From positions 1 to 64,000 of IMG/VR virus record IMGVR_UViG_3300042377_000625: a stretch of 64,000 bases of DNA. One strand, 5' to 3'. Shown here in pieces: positions 1-8,682 of the stretch. Source of the DNA: a virus. Position 1 is the stretch's first letter. Each line of letters starts with the position of its first letter. Position numbers and translations under genes: made by a program. Under the pieces are notes generated by a model, which worked only from the letters and a program-made list of their open reading frames with translations, was not told where the DNA came from and searched no databases.

Positions 1-276
1 TTAAGAATTGGTAAATGGGTGGCTGAGTATTGTGAGGATGGTCGATGTGACTATAACATTTCAAACAAAATCTTTGAAGAATCTTTGATGATGGCAGACG
101 TTAAAAAAATTAACGGTAAAGATGTTCCATGGGAACCAGGTAATCTATTAGGAAACCAATCAGATATCGTTCCTGATGTTGAGGTTGATGAATTGATTAA
201 GAAAAGTAAGAGTGGTGGTACCGTTAAAGAATCTGTTGTAAGAATAAAAAAATTACTTAAGGTTGACCTAAAGTAA
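1..276 (+). CDS. hypothetical protein, 5'-truncated by the window edge
   Basis: Frame is open from base 1 to TAA at 274-276. C-terminus ESVVRIKKLL resembles tails of other probable head proteins in this window. Confidence 0.6.
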   Translation, partial: LRIGKWVAEYCEDGRCDYNISNKIFEESLMMADVKKINGKDVPWEPGNLLGNQSDIVPDVEVDELIKKSKSGGTVKESVVRIKKLLKVDLK

Positions 277-295
277 AAATACATTATATTTATCC

Positions 296-380
296 TTGAA
301 ACCTTGTTACTGAGGTCCACGTGTCCAAGAGGCATTTGAGTTGGTTAACTACCAACGAAGTGGGGTTCAATAAACATAAA
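296..380 (+). promoter_or_regulatory. structured 5' leader (three-way junction) downstream of a TATTTAT late-promoter motif
   Basis: TATTTAT at 287-293. Stems GUUACUGAGGUCCAC/GUGGGGUUCAAUAAAC, GUGUC/GGCAU and GUUGGU/ACCAAC. 296-308 is complementary to 1245-1257. Confidence 0.45.
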
Positions 381-397
381 AATAAAATAAGGAAAAA

Positions 398-1237
398 ATG
401 TATTATCAAACAAAAACTGCAACGCCTTGTGCGTTCATCACAAAAGACAAATTACGTCTTAAACAATTTGGGCATAATGTCTATCTTAAAAACGGGTCAG
501 AATTCGAATTAGAATTATTCAACCCATCACAATCAACTGTTTTAGCAAAAATTAGAATCGACGGAAATTATATTTCAGGTGGAGGAATTGTTCTTAAACC
601 TGGACAACGAATTTACCTTGAGAGATTCTTAGACGACGCTAAAAAATTCAAATTTGAAACATACGAAGTTGATTCAACCTCTAATGAAGTATTAAACGCA
701 ATATCCAATAATGGTAATGTGGACGTAGAATTCTACGAGGAGTATATTAAACCAACATACCAACAACCCTTTTTGGTTAATTACCCGTTGGTCAACCCTT
801 TAGTTAATTACCCGTCAACAAATCCAAACCCTTACTATGTGAATACGTTTACAACTACAGGGTTAGGGGATACCGTATCCACATATACTACAAGTGTTGG
901 ATTTAACTCTTCAAATAGTGGTGACTCAACTTTAAGCTTTACCAACGGTTTCTCAAATAAGGTTGATTTACAAAAACCAAGAAGTAGAAGTTTAACAAAA
1001 AAATCAAAATCAATAGAAACAGGTAGAGTTGAGAAGGGTGGTAATAGTAACCAATCCTTTAGAACTGTTAATAAAGACTTTAATAGTTATACAATATCAA
1101 CATCTAACTGGAAAATACTTCCTGAGTCAGTTAAACCATACGAATCAAATGATTTAAAAGTTCACTGTACTGAATGTGGAAGTAAGAGAAAGAAAGATTC
1201 TCATAAATTTTGTCCTAATTGCGGAACAAAATATTAA
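398..1237 (+). CDS. conserved phage hypothetical protein with C-terminal zinc ribbon
   Basis: 279 aa; ends CTECG...FCPNCGTKY (CxxC...CxxC). Confidence 0.75.
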   Translation: MYYQTKTATPCAFITKDKLRLKQFGHNVYLKNGSEFELELFNPSQSTVLAKIRIDGNYISGGGIVLKPGQRIYLERFLDDAKKFKFETYEVDSTSNEVLNAISNNGNVDVEFYEEYIKPTYQQPFLVNYPLVNPLVNYPSTNPNPYYVNTFTTTGLGDTVSTYTTSVGFNSSNSGDSTLSFTNGFSNKVDLQKPRSRSLTKKSKSIETGRVEKGGNSNQSFRTVNKDFNSYTISTSNWKILPESVKPYESNDLKVHCTECGSKRKKDSHKFCPNCGTKY

Positions 1238-1263
1238 AATAAAAAACAAGGTTTCAAAAAAAT

Positions 1264-1295
1264 AAACCCCTTCTATTCGGAGGGGTTTTGTTTTT
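1264..1295 (+). terminator. intrinsic terminator
   Basis: AAACCCCTTC-TATTC-GGAGGGGTTT hairpin followed by a T-rich run. Confidence 0.7.
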
Positions 1296-1309
1296 AATAA
1301 AAAATGTCG

Positions 1310-1317
1310 TATCTTTG
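1310..1317 (+). promoter_or_regulatory. Bacteroidota sigma-A type -7 element (TAnnTTTG)
   Basis: TATCTTTG upstream of the RNA-repair cluster. The same element is at 2646, 5012, 8464, 8575, 8666 and 11941 (+) and at 10508, 14943, 31412 and 35836 (-). Confidence 0.65.
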
Positions 1318-1361
1318 TTCAAATAAAGGTGATGAAAATAATAAGTAAAAAAAATTATACT

Positions 1362-1775
1362 ATGAAACAAAGAATATATTTGGATGATGTTAGGACTCCT
1401 GTAGAAAAAGACCAATGGGTTATTGTTAGAAATTACGACGAGTTCGTAAATAAAGTTACAGAAATTGGTTTAGAGAACATTGGATTAATTTCCTTGGACC
1501 ACGACTTAGGTGATACTGCGATGACAGAATGGCATAAAAACGTTTACCACAACTACGAACTGAATTACGATAACATTACTGAAAAAACAGGGATGGATTG
1601 TACTAAATGGTTGGTAGAACAATGGATGGATGGGTCACCTGTTGTGGATGTTGTAATTCACTCAGCAAATGCTATTGGTAGTGCGAATATGATGGGGTAT
1701 ATTAATAACTACCGTCACATCAATCGTTTACCACAAAATTGTATCAGAGTACAAATCGAACATACTGTAAACTGA
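1362..1775 (+). CDS. cyclic-phosphate processing receiver-domain protein
   Basis: Motifs IYLDDVRTP, ISLDHDLG, TGMDCTKWL and IHSAN..G..NM. Start could alternatively be 1329 or 1332. Confidence 0.75.
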   Translation: MKQRIYLDDVRTPVEKDQWVIVRNYDEFVNKVTEIGLENIGLISLDHDLGDTAMTEWHKNVYHNYELNYDNITEKTGMDCTKWLVEQWMDGSPVVDVVIHSANAIGSANMMGYINNYRHINRLPQNCIRVQIEHTVN

Positions 1776-1805
1776 TAATAAATAAACAGATAAATAAAAC
1801 GAAAA

Positions 1806-2147
1806 ATGAAGGTCAATAATAGCGAGTTAAGTGGGAAAGTAATCAGAAATAATGAGACGTATATTGTTGAGGACAATACGTTTCTTAATAATTTAGTGTT
1901 ATCTAAAACAACACTACATCCTGGTAAAGAAACTACAGGACACTCTCACGAAGGTCTTGAAGAAGTTTATTTCTTTATCAAAGGTGAGGGTAAGATGTTG
2001 TTAAAAACAGAAACTACTGAAACTAACCTATCGGTTGGTGAAGGTGACATCGTATTGATTCCTGATGGAGCTTTCCACAAGGTTTTCAATCACGAAGGAA
2101 AAGAAGATTTAGAATTTGTTTGCGTATTCCAAAAGTACGAAAGATAA
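1806..2147 (+). CDS. cupin-domain protein
   Basis: GHSH..LEEVYFFIKGEG and GDIVLIPDGAFHKVFN cupin motifs. Confidence 0.85.
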   Translation: MKVNNSELSGKVIRNNETYIVEDNTFLNNLVLSKTTLHPGKETTGHSHEGLEEVYFFIKGEGKMLLKTETTETNLSVGEGDIVLIPDGAFHKVFNHEGKEDLEFVCVFQKYER

Positions 2148-2665
2148 TGAATATTTTCATTTTAGATTGGGATGTTAAAAAGTGTACTCAGTATCATGTT
2201 GACAAACACGTAGTCAAGATGATACTTGAAACCGCACAATTATTGTGTGGTGTTCATCATGTGACTGACGAAGTAACGACCAAGTACCGACCAAGTACCG
2301 ACCAAGTACCGTACAAGTTGTCACATAAAAACCATCCTTGCGCAATTTGGGCTCGTAAGAGTTTATCTAATTATTTGTACTTGTGTGAATTGGGATTAGA
2401 ATTATCTAAAGAGTATACTCATAGGTACGGTAAACAACATAAATCAGAAATGGTTATTTTATGGTGTATTATGAATAAACCTAACATTCCTGATATTGGA
2501 TTTACAGAACCTGCCAAGGCGATGCCTGACGAGTTTAAAGTGGATTCTGTTGTAGAATCCTACAGAAATTATTACATGGGGGCTAAATCTGATTTGGCCG
2601 CTTGGAAAAACAGAGAAAAACCTTTTTGGTTTGAAAAAAAAGAATTAAATTTGCAGTATGATTAA
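2147..2665 (+). CDS. pyrimidine-dimer DNA glycosylase/endonuclease V family-like protein
   Basis: MNIFILD...HVDKHVVKMILETAQLL...HKNHPCAIW...AMPDEFK...ESYRNYY. TAATG overlap with the cupin stop fixes the start at 2147. Confidence 0.7.
   Translation: MNIFILDWDVKKCTQYHVDKHVVKMILETAQLLCGVHHVTDEVTTKYRPSTDQVPYKLSHKNHPCAIWARKSLSNYLYLCELGLELSKEYTHRYGKQHKSEMVILWCIMNKPNIPDIGFTEPAKAMPDEFKVDSVVESYRNYYMGAKSDLAAWKNREKPFWFEKKELNLQYD
2266..2309 (+). repeat. 11-bp tandem repeat (CGACCAAGTAC x3 plus one degenerate copy) inside a CDS
   Basis: Perfect copies at 2277, 2288 and 2299; degenerate TGACGAAGTAA at 2266. Confidence 0.9.
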
Positions 2666-3320
2666 GATAGATAAAGACTTTAAAGGTGATGTGTGGATTT
2701 TTTCGGACCCACACTACAACCACAAGAATATATGTCGTGGTGTAACGGCATGGCGTTTACCTGATGGGACGGTCCCTGTTTCGCAAACTCGTGATTTCGA
2801 AACTATCGATAAGATGAACGCGACAATAGTGAATAACATCAACGAAAATGTGATGCAAGATGATATTTTAATTTGTCTTGGTGATTGGAGTTTCGGAGGT
2901 TTTGAATCAATCAAAGAATTTTGGGATAGAATTGTTTGTAAAAACATTCACCTTATTTTAGGTAACCATGACCACCACATTGAAAATAACCGAGACGGTT
3001 GTCAGGGGTATTTCAAAAGTGTCTCTCACTACAACACTTTAAAAATTGATGAACACACATTCCGTTTGATGCACTACCCGATAAGTTCTTGGGATGGTTT
3101 AAACAAGGGTGTTATGCACCTTCACGGACACTGTCACTTACCAACTAGTTTACGTTTAGGTAAAGGACAACGATTAGATGTTGGTATGGATGGTCATCCA
3201 GAATTTCGACCATACAATATTCGACGTGAAGTTGTCCCTATGTTACGACACAGAGATAAAGTATCTGAGATGGATAATGACCATCACACCGATGAAATAA
3301 TTAACAAAGATAAAGGATAA
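2658..3320 (+). CDS. calcineurin-like metallophosphoesterase
   Basis: SDPH, LGD, GNHD, HYP and HGHCH motifs. Confidence 0.9.
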   Translation: MIKIDKDFKGDVWIFSDPHYNHKNICRGVTAWRLPDGTVPVSQTRDFETIDKMNATIVNNINENVMQDDILICLGDWSFGGFESIKEFWDRIVCKNIHLILGNHDHHIENNRDGCQGYFKSVSHYNTLKIDEHTFRLMHYPISSWDGLNKGVMHLHGHCHLPTSLRLGKGQRLDVGMDGHPEFRPYNIRREVVPMLRHRDKVSEMDNDHHTDEIINKDKG

Positions 3321-3324
3321 GAAC

Positions 3325-3597
3325 ATGAAACACGATAAAGACATTTTAATTTGTAGTTGTCATTCAACTGACCATCAATTAATTGTTCTATACGAACAAG
3401 ATGAGGATTTTCCGATGGTATATTTCCACATTCACTTGAATGAAAGACCTTTTTGGAAAAGATTGGTTTATGGTGTAAAATATATTTTTGGAAGAAAATC
3501 TAGATATGGGGCTTTTGATGAATTTATATTTAATCACGACGATGCTCACAAAATTGAAAGAATTTTAGAATATTTGCGAGATGAAAAAACCGTGTAA
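3325..3597 (+). CDS. hypothetical protein
   Basis: 90-aa ORF inside the operon; CxC..H near the N-terminus. Confidence 0.65.
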   Translation: MKHDKDILICSCHSTDHQLIVLYEQDEDFPMVYFHIHLNERPFWKRLVYGVKYIFGRKSRYGAFDEFIFNHDDAHKIERILEYLRDEKTV

Positions 3598-3787
3598 GGA
3601 ATGTCCTTGGGTTGTTAAAAACAAACATAACGAAATGATTACTAATCATTCGATAAAACATAATAAACCCCATAATTGTCATATGATATCACCTGAAAAA
3701 AGAGGTGGGTTATGGGAGATAAAAGAAGAAACTAAATGTATAGGGAGAAAATTATATGAACACAGAGAGAAAGTTAGCAAGTATTAG
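3581..3787 (+). CDS. small Cys/His protein (possible Zn binding)
   Basis: KPCKECPW...HNCH...CIG; overlaps both neighbours. Confidence 0.6.
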   Translation: MKKPCKECPWVVKNKHNEMITNHSIKHNKPHNCHMISPEKRGGLWEIKEETKCIGRKLYEHREKVSKY

Positions 3788-4778
3788 AATTATCAGCGAC
3801 ATCCAACCTATTGAGGGGGCAGATGTAATTGAATTGGCAATTGTTGACAGTTGGAAGGTTGTTGTTGCTAAGAATGTCGGACATAAAGTAGGTGATATGG
3901 TTATCTACTGTGAAATTGATTCATTCTTACCAATCAGAGATGAGTTTGAATTCTTAAGAAAGACTTCGTATAAAAAAATGTCTGACGGAGCGGAAGGATT
4001 TCGTTTAAAAACAATTAAAATGAGAGGACAAGTTTCTCAAGGATTAATCTTACCAATGTCTGTTGTAGAATATACTAACGTAGGTTTTGAAGTTGGTATG
4101 GATGTAACTAATTTATTAGGAATTAGTAAATACGAACCACCAATCCCTGCTGAATTATCAGGTAAAGTGAAAGGTTTATTCCCATCTTTCTTACGTAAGA
4201 CTGATGAGGAAAGAGTTCAAAACTTGACAAAAGAATATGAACAATACAAATCATTAGGTCGTAAATTTTACGTAACAGAAAAATTGGATGGTTCTTCCGC
4301 AACGTTCTACTACAATGATGGGGTATTTGGCGTTTGTTCTAGAAATTTGGAATTACTTGAGACTGAAGGTAACACTTTTTGGAAAGTTGCTCGTGAATTA
4401 GATTTGGAAAATAAAATGAGAGACTTCGGGGTTAATATCTCACTTCAAGGAGAATTAATTGGTGAAGGTATTCAAGGGAATCCTTACAAAATAAAAGGTC
4501 AAACTGTGAAATTCTTTAATTTGTTTGACATTGATTTACAAGTATACCATTCTTTGGCTCATTTAGATAGAGCTCTTGGTATTATGGGGATTAAAATGGT
4601 TCCAATTGTTGATGAGTTTTTCGTATTACCTGACACTATTGAAGAGTTATTGAAATACGCCGAAGACAAATCTGTGTTGAATTCAAAATTTGATAGAGAA
4701 GGGGTTGTTATTCGTTCTAATGATAGAACAATCAGTTTCAAAGTTATCAGTAATAAATTCTTATTAAACGAGAAGTAA
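3756..4778 (+). CDS. RNA ligase, DRB0094/Rnl5-like, with N-terminal OB domain
   Basis: RKLASIR..I.PI.GAD.IE N-terminus; motif I TEKLDGSS; QGELIG; REGVV; SFKVISNKFLL. Confidence 0.9.
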   Translation: MNTERKLASIRIISDIQPIEGADVIELAIVDSWKVVVAKNVGHKVGDMVIYCEIDSFLPIRDEFEFLRKTSYKKMSDGAEGFRLKTIKMRGQVSQGLILPMSVVEYTNVGFEVGMDVTNLLGISKYEPPIPAELSGKVKGLFPSFLRKTDEERVQNLTKEYEQYKSLGRKFYVTEKLDGSSATFYYNDGVFGVCSRNLELLETEGNTFWKVARELDLENKMRDFGVNISLQGELIGEGIQGNPYKIKGQTVKFFNLFDIDLQVYHSLAHLDRALGIMGIKMVPIVDEFFVLPDTIEELLKYAEDKSVLNSKFDREGVVIRSNDRTISFKVISNKFLLNEK

Positions 4779-4996
4779 TGGAAGAGAAGAAAATAAGAAA
4801 AACTATAATTCACGAGGAACTTAATGAGAAACAACAGGAAATGTATGATGAATGGTTATTACACATTAAAGCAATTTATGGTGAATATGGTGCATTCACT
4901 TGGAAAGTAACCCCAACAGGAATTGGGAGTGGTCTTGTGGTTTATAGTCACAAAACAAAAACAGAATTAGATTTAACCGACGTTGATAGTTGGTAA
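4778..4996 (+). CDS. hypothetical protein
   Basis: 72 aa; TAATG coupling; PTGIG...ELDLTDVDSW. Confidence 0.7.
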   Translation: MEEKKIRKTIIHEELNEKQQEMYDEWLLHIKAIYGEYGAFTWKVTPTGIGSGLVVYSHKTKTELDLTDVDSW

Positions 4997-5023
4997 TTAA
5001 TAAAAAAGTATTACCTTTGTGGT

Positions 5024-6106
5024 ATGTTAGAAAGATTGAACAAATATTATGATGAGGGTTTGGTACAAAAACAATCGCACCCAACCCTTCCTTTAACTAT
5101 ATGGAACTACACTCCAAAAGTACAATATGGGGTGACTGGTGACCAATATAAGTTATGGGATGATATCACTGTGCAATGCCGAGGTTTAGTTACCGATGAT
5201 AACGGAGTTGTGGTTGCAAGACCATTTAAAAAATTCTTTAACATAGAAGAAAACCGACATACCTCAACTTCAGATTTTGAAGTATATGAAAAAATGGACG
5301 GTTCTTTAGGAATCCTATTCAACTATAAAGGAGAATGGGTTCTTGCAACTCGTGGTTCTTTCACTTCTGACCAGGCGGTTAAAGGTACTGAGTTACTTCA
5401 GAAATACGACTATAATAAATTACATTCTGATTACACTTATTTGTTTGAGATAATCTATCCTGAAAACAGAATAGTTTGTTCTTATGATTTTGAGGATTTA
5501 GTTTTATTAGGGATGATACACACTGAAAGTGGTGTTGAGGTTGATATCCATTTAGGTAATAATAACGATGTTAGGTTTAAAAATTTATTAAATAATCTTG
5601 AGTTAAACATTGTTAAAAAATACGACGGTATCAAAGATTATACTTTTTTGAAACGTATGATAGCAGATTCTAAAGAGGGTTTTGTTGTTAGATTTTCAAA
5701 TGGTAATAGGATGAAAATAAAAGGTGAAGAATACCTTCGTCTTCATAAAATAATGACTAACGTATCTACAACTGCGGTTTGGGAAGTTTTAAGTTCTGGT
5801 GGTGATATGGAGGAAATAATAAAAGATGTTCCTGATGAGTTCTACAAGAAAATAAAAATGTATGTTCAGGAACTGAATTATCAGTTTTATCGTTATTCAG
5901 AATATGCTGGTAAGACTCATGATTATTTCCGATACGGTAAGTATGGTGATAACGAAAAAGAATATAGTAAAAAAGAATTTGCAGAACATTTGGTAAAATG
6001 TGATGTTCATCCTAAAGTAAAATCTATCTGTTTTGCTATGTGGGACCAAAAACCATATGACCATATCATATGGAATTTACTCAAACCAAAGTTTGAAAAA
6101 CTATAA
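5024..6106 (+). CDS. RNA ligase 1 (T4 RnlA-like)
   Basis: CRGLV...ARPFKKFFN, motif I EKMDGSLG, ATRGSF, FEII, EGFVV, RMKIKGEEYLRLH. Confidence 0.9.
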   Translation: MLERLNKYYDEGLVQKQSHPTLPLTIWNYTPKVQYGVTGDQYKLWDDITVQCRGLVTDDNGVVVARPFKKFFNIEENRHTSTSDFEVYEKMDGSLGILFNYKGEWVLATRGSFTSDQAVKGTELLQKYDYNKLHSDYTYLFEIIYPENRIVCSYDFEDLVLLGMIHTESGVEVDIHLGNNNDVRFKNLLNNLELNIVKKYDGIKDYTFLKRMIADSKEGFVVRFSNGNRMKIKGEEYLRLHKIMTNVSTTAVWEVLSSGGDMEEIIKDVPDEFYKKIKMYVQELNYQFYRYSEYAGKTHDYFRYGKYGDNEKEYSKKEFAEHLVKCDVHPKVKSICFAMWDQKPYDHIIWNLLKPKFEKL

Positions 6107-6134
6107 AACACGACATAAAGTCGTGTTTTTTTTT
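6107..6134 (+). terminator. intrinsic terminator
   Basis: AACACGAC-ATAAA-GTCGTGTT followed by a T run. Confidence 0.75.
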
Positions 6135-6169
6135 GTTATCATTATATTTATTATAAAAAATTATTGCTA

Positions 6170-6775
6170 ATGTCAACAGAAGTTATTGTAGCGTTTATAA
6201 CAGGTGTATTAGGTCCAGTTATTCTTCTATACGCAAAAAACAAATTTGAGAAGAACAAAGAAAAACCTGATATGGTTAAAGAAGCACTACAAGTTAGTGA
6301 ATTGATTACCTCAAAGATTGAACACATCAAAGAAGAATTCAAAGCCGATAGAGTTTGGATTACTCAATTCCATAATGGAGGTCACTTTTACCCCACGGGT
6401 AAATCAATGGCAAAATTCAGTGTTATTTATGAATCTGTCGCACCATCAGTAAATTCAATCCAATTAAATTTTCAAAATATCCCTGTTAATTTATTTAGTA
6501 AGTCTATTAATCAATTATATGAAAATGATGTAATTGAAATTTCTGACTTTAAAGACGATACAATCTCAACATTTGGTTTAAAATATATTGCTGAAGATAC
6601 AGGATGCAAATCAGGTTTCTTATTTGCAATTAAAACCATTGACGATAAATTCATTGGTACTTTAGGTATTGATTATACTAAAAGAAAAACAAAACTTGAT
6701 ATGGAATCTATAAATCACCTACAAGTTCATGCAACCGCAATCGGTGGAGTTCTTATGGGTCACCTAAACGGGTAA
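6170..6775 (+). CDS. membrane-anchored GAF-like protein, putative T4 gpT-type holin
   Basis: One N-terminal TM helix (VIVAFITGVLGPVILLY), then ADRVWITQFHNGG...FIGTLGIDY GAF-like domain; lies next to peptidoglycan peptidases. Confidence 0.5.
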   Translation: MSTEVIVAFITGVLGPVILLYAKNKFEKNKEKPDMVKEALQVSELITSKIEHIKEEFKADRVWITQFHNGGHFYPTGKSMAKFSVIYESVAPSVNSIQLNFQNIPVNLFSKSINQLYENDVIEISDFKDDTISTFGLKYIAEDTGCKSGFLFAIKTIDDKFIGTLGIDYTKRKTKLDMESINHLQVHATAIGGVLMGHLNG

Positions 6776-6804
6776 CAATTCCGAATCTCATTATATTTAT
6801 TAAG

Positions 6805-7473
6805 ATGAGACGATTCCTAAACGAAACTTTACAAACACCAAACCCTTCAGATTATACTAATACTGACTTCAAACCATTTGTTGTTGGTAGAAGTAATCCG
6901 TTATCGGATAAGATAAATCCATCCTTATTGAAGGATGTTGATACCGCAGCCAAAAAAGCCAATGTTAAGGTTAGTATTACAACCGCAGTTAGTGGCCACG
7001 ATAAAGGTTCTCGACATGAAAAAGGTTTAGCCGTTGATATTGCGATGGTTAATGGACAAGGTTTTGGTAGTGAAAAAGCCGCAAAACAAAAAGGTATTTA
7101 CGATGATATTATGAGATTTGTCTCTGAATTAGAGAGTCTTGGGTATGTTAAGAATAGTGAATCAGGTAATGATAAAGCGGTTTTAACTTTCGGATTCCCA
7201 AACCATCATCACCATGTACACGTCTCAAGAAATTCAGATACAGGGGTATCAGATAGTAACGGTAAGGTTTCACCCGAGGTTAAACCCGATTCTCAAAAAA
7301 CACCTGACTCTGGTGAAAATTATGATAATATTGATTTTGAAAGCTCATCAGAGAGTAATAATGTTATTCAAAGTTTTTTAAACCCATTATTAAACACATT
7401 AGGTTTTAAAGAAGGAGAAGAACCTACAAATAAATTGGTTGAGGATATTAAAAGAATTAAAAATTTATTATAA
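6805..7473 (+). CDS. peptidase M15-like zinc peptidoglycan hydrolase
   Basis: SRHEKGLAVDI and HHHHVHVS zinc-ligand motifs. Confidence 0.7.
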   Translation: MRRFLNETLQTPNPSDYTNTDFKPFVVGRSNPLSDKINPSLLKDVDTAAKKANVKVSITTAVSGHDKGSRHEKGLAVDIAMVNGQGFGSEKAAKQKGIYDDIMRFVSELESLGYVKNSESGNDKAVLTFGFPNHHHHVHVSRNSDTGVSDSNGKVSPEVKPDSQKTPDSGENYDNIDFESSSESNNVIQSFLNPLLNTLGFKEGEEPTNKLVEDIKRIKNLL

Positions 7474-8096
7474 TGGAAAGATTTATTAATCCAGCACCAT
7501 ACGGTAATATGAAATCATCAATAATGTCAAAATCTGTTGATTTAATTTCATACCCAAATTCAAAATTAATAAATCCATATGATGGTGTTATTGTTTTTGA
7601 CAGAACTCCTTCTTGTGAAAACTTAATTAAAATTAAACATGAGTTTAATGGTGATAATGTATATTCTGAATTTTGTAATGTTGGTAAGTCATTTGTTTCA
7701 CCAGGAGATAGAATAAAACAAGGTCAAATTATTGGACATTTCACTGACGATAGAATTGGGTACTCAATTAAAAACGATGATGATAAAAAATTAGACGTGT
7801 CAAAATATATGGAAGGGTTTAAACCTAAAAAAGAAGACTCTAAAAAAGAGGGACCAAAAAAAGAAGACCCTAAAAAAGAAGACCCTAAAAAAGAGATTAA
7901 TAAAATTGATGTCGGTAATAAAGACGTTGGTTCTGGTAATATATTCTTAGATACTTTACTATCCCCATTTTCAATCGCAAATGATATTACAAGTGGTGTT
8001 GGTAAAGAGATTAAGAAATCCTTTAAAGAAGATTACGGTGGTAATAAAAGACTTACAGAACAAATAGATAAGATTAAAAAAATTATAAAGCATTAA
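7473..8096 (+). CDS. M23-like (hybrid-motif) protein, probably catalytically degenerate
   Basis: PYDGVI...IKIKH...YSEFCNV...VSPGDRIKQGQIIG; the usual HxxxD and HxH ligands are missing; PKKED repeats. Confidence 0.55.
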   Translation: MERFINPAPYGNMKSSIMSKSVDLISYPNSKLINPYDGVIVFDRTPSCENLIKIKHEFNGDNVYSEFCNVGKSFVSPGDRIKQGQIIGHFTDDRIGYSIKNDDDKKLDVSKYMEGFKPKKEDSKKEGPKKEDPKKEDPKKEINKIDVGNKDVGSGNIFLDTLLSPFSIANDITSGVGKEIKKSFKEDYGGNKRLTEQIDKIKKIIKH

Positions 8097-8125
8097 AAAA
8101 CCCCCTTTTCAGGGGGTTTTGTTTT
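8095..8125. terminator. bidirectional intrinsic terminator
   Basis: A-run-CCCCCT-TTTC-AGGGGG-T-run between convergent genes. Confidence 0.75.
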
Positions 8126-8308
8126 TTACTTAACAGATTGAACTGAAGTGGTGTCTACTAAAGTAGAGTCTACACTGATTTTAGTTGAGTCTGTGGCTAC
8201 AGATGTACTGTCTGCCGTTGTTAGAGTTTCCTCAGTTTGAGTTGATTGTCCACAAGATACCATCATCATTGTTCCTGTAACCAACATAGCGAAAATTACT
8301 TTTTTCAT
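8126..8308 (-). CDS. small lipoprotein
   Basis: Signal peptide II MKKVIFAMLVTGTMMMVS-C; Ser/Thr-rich mature part with DST x3 and DTT. Confidence 0.75.
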   Translation of the reverse strand: MKKVIFAMLVTGTMMMVSCGQSTQTEETLTTADSTSVATDSTKISVDSTLVDTTSVQSVK

Positions 8309-8439
8309 GTTATATTTGTTTTTATTGATAAATAAATAGGTGATTGTTGACGTAAAATCAACTTATACTTTAAAATAATTCAGATTTTCTTAACAAAGTA
8401 CAATATTTATATAAAAAATAAAAAAATATACTGTTTAGG

Positions 8440-8673
8440 TATTGTCAGAACAGTTTTTTTTATTATCTTTGTAAAACAATTCGGGGTTAGGTTGACAATC
8501 TGTTATAAAATCGTGGTTTCCTAAGACTGAAAAAAAAAACAAAAAAAAGATTTGGTAAATCGAAAAACTTTACCTACCTTTGTACAACAAAAGAGATAGA
8601 CAACGATTCAGATACAAATCTCTAAAAAAAATAAAAAAAGATTTGGTAAATCAAAAAAGTTTACCTACCTTTG
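8440..8673 (+). promoter_or_regulatory. three tandem Bacteroidota-type promoters (P2 and P3 are near-identical ~45-bp direct repeats)
   Basis: -7 boxes TATCTTTG 8464, TACCTTTG 8575 and TACCTTTG 8666. -33 TTTG at 8551 and 8642 with 20-nt spacers; A-tracts upstream. Confidence 0.75.
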
Positions 8674-8682
8674 TAAAACAAA

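Noticed and set aside
306-376. Hammerhead ribozyme in the leader of the 398 gene
   Set aside because: It is a three-way junction with UUGA and GAAG strands, but lacks the CUGANGA/GAAA core and the NUH site. Kept only as a structured leader.
321-512. Short alternative-frame ORFs (e.g. 51-335, 321-512, 2714-2947, 4559-4834, 19025-19633, 27350-27958, 55982-56344, 58733-59185)
   Set aside because: Shadows of well-supported genes on another frame or strand, with no motifs of their own.
8490-8508. TTGACA...TATAAA sigma70 promoter
   Set aside because: The spacer is only 6 nt, and it lies in a hairpin loop downstream of P1.
8541-8680. CRISPR array from the ~45-bp direct repeats
   Set aside because: Only two copies, each explained as a -33/-7 promoter; no cas genes in the window.
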